From positions 62,001 to 126,000 of the forward strand of contig JALMLS010000310.1 of assembly GCA_038496445.1 (NCBI GenBank): a stretch of 64,000 nt of DNA, given 5' to 3'. Source of the DNA: Trichosphaerium sp. ATCC 40318 (taxonomy: Eukaryota; Protista; Tubulinea). The position numbers and the translations under genes were made by a program. Shown here piece after piece: positions 62,145-64,000 of this stretch. Below the pieces are notes generated by a model, which was given only the letters and a program-made list of their open reading frames with translations, had not been told where the DNA came from and searched no databases. Numbering within the stretch: position 1 is the first letter of the stretch; each line of letters begins with the position of its first letter.

Positions 62145-62568
62145 GAAGGAGGAGGTTTTTTTTTTTTTTAAAAGTATTCTAAAAAGGAAGTAACACTATC
62201 TCTATGCACCTTGTCATTTATTGAACACTAACAACTTTTACACCTGAAGAAATCTAGCATTAAAAAAAAGTGGGCACACTATTATACGGCGTAGATGCTT
62301 ACAGATAAGAAAACAGATACCCACCAAATTATTAGTAGAAAAAACTTCGTTTAACACTTTTGGAAAACTCCCACTTTTTAGCTACACTACCTTCAACCGC
62401 ACACTCACTGCTGACCTGTACACCCACTCTGTTATATTATCAAACTATATTCTTCATAGAACGTTCAAGTAACGACTTTCCAACACCGACAATATAATTT
62501 GGTGACTTTATTCATGCAAACGAAAGATCTCGTGTACTCACATGAAAAGGAGTTGATTGGTCCTTGTT

Positions 62569-64000
62569 TTATTTAGATGTAACTGGTATAGAAGGTATAC
62601 TCTTTCTTCCCCACAAGTCAACTGAGTTGACCTTATACCTAAGTGCACTCAATCAGACCAGACGAAGTATTTTTACTATGGACGTACCATAAATCTGGTG
62701 AACCAATGTGCATAAATCCTTTTGTTAAAAACATGCCTTGATTAGCTTGAACATACTCACCGTCTTTTGTTGGTGCAGCATATACTTGATAGGTTTGGAT
62801 ACATTTAGATGAAGATGAGTCCCACCTAAAACATGAATAAGTAAGTGTTTGTACGACTCAAAAGAAACATTGAAAATTCTTACATTATCCAGTTTTGTTG
62901 TTTGTTGATTAAAGATTGCTCTTGAGGTTTTGGTGTGACTCTAACATTTTTAACTTGTTCGGGCGGGTTTCCATCATTGTGGCATATTTGAAGAAGCACG
63001 ATTCCTGTTGAAATACATCACGTCAACCCAATAAACTGATACTTTATAAAGAACCAAAAAAAACTTGCCTGGTAACCTCATTTCGACTTCTCTTGAATAT
63101 TGTCCTACGTCATTGGGCTCAAATGTCTTGACAAAATCGAGAGTAGGGTTTTGATTATATCGTAGTTTCAATAATTGATCTTCTGTTGGTATAGATGGTT
63201 TCCCCATGGATTCCCAAACGCCTAAAAAACCAATGTCAGTCAAAGTTACAATAGATTTGAATTCGTGCCGTATACGCTTCCATGGTTGTTGTCTAATCGA
63301 TATAATGCCACCTTACTACTGCCTGGAGTGAATATTTGAGGTATATTCTTGATTGTAACCGTTACATTTTCAGTGAGATTTTTAGCTGTAGTGTCAGTTG
63401 ACCAATATAGAATTACTGAAAGCACACTTTCTTTTGATGTTTCTTCAAGAGTAGCTATGCCGTTCATTGGACAAACATTCGGATCATTACAGCCGTCTAT
63501 ATTATTAAGCTGGATGGATGGAACCTTTTGAGCTTACCGGACGATGTTATATCGTAGCTTTGAGTACCAATAAGTGAGAGAAGTAACATGACATTGAAAC
63601 TCGGTTTTCTGATTGTTTCGAATTTTAACACATTATTATTTCCTGGGTTTGTAACATTCGATAGCCTTGCGTTAAGTGTTCTAAGTTTAAATGATCCATC
63701 TCCCATAAATCCATTATCATTCGAAAGTAGACCGAAATGAACAGGAGGTTGGAATGTATTACTGTAGATGATGTGATTAAGGTGTTGTTTGAGGACCTTT
63801 AATTCCACTAAAAAAAATCACGTCAGTTTGAGCTCACTTTTTTCTCATGTTTTCGTACTTGCTGCGTATGTTACATCAGCTCGCCATTCCTCAGGTTTAT
63901 TCCAACCAACAAGAGGATCTCCTAAGTAGAAAAATTAATAGGTGAGGTTGAAACGATGACATTAATCAATAGTTTATTCGATCGTACCTTCATCATTGAA
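62569..64000 (-). CDS. IDUA: Alpha-L-iduronidase-like glycoside hydrolase (GH39), 3' part; runs off the window end
   Basis: DPLVGWNKPEEWRADVTYAA, LLSNDNGFM, RTLNAR, IRKPSFNVMLLLSLIG, YRLDNNHGSVY|GVWESMGKPSIPTEDQL, then Ig/FnIII-like tail CIQTYQV...YKVNSVDLWGR. Confidence 0.9.

Overview
Gene-dense, AT-rich eukaryotic nuclear DNA in the standard code, with many short (mostly 45-100 nt) spliceosomal introns. Donors are GTACGT/GTATGT/GTAAGT and branch points CTAAC/TTAAC. Gene content suggests a free-living protist, most plausibly an amoebozoan (inference). I spliced about 30 protein genes by hand, and the ORF track fragments most of them. Conserved genes: delta-COP (partial), a mitochondrial carrier, LSM1, SMU1, an LRR-PP2C, a PhyH-like dioxygenase, exocyst SEC8, a DnaJ, a PH-PAS-STE20 kinase, a serine carboxypeptidase, a coactosin-like protein and alpha-L-iduronidase (partial). 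Accessory genes: three F-box/MORN-variant proteins, an F-box/LRR plus its pseudogene, an EH-LRR protein, a BTB protein, two secreted 14-Cys-domain proteins, an expansin-like protein, a PMP-repeat multipass receptor and a helical-repeat PD-(D/E)xK nuclease. The most striking unexplained signal is non-coding: a ~520-nt, heavily base-paired, TATA-preceded, U-tract-terminated RNA candidate at 3097-3617 (+) that I cannot assign to a known family. There is also a ~90-nt structured RNA candidate at 62050-62144 (-), at least nine GC-AG introns and a MITE-like element. No tRNA, rRNA or CRISPR array was seen. Exon boundaries were read by eye and some gene ends are approximate.
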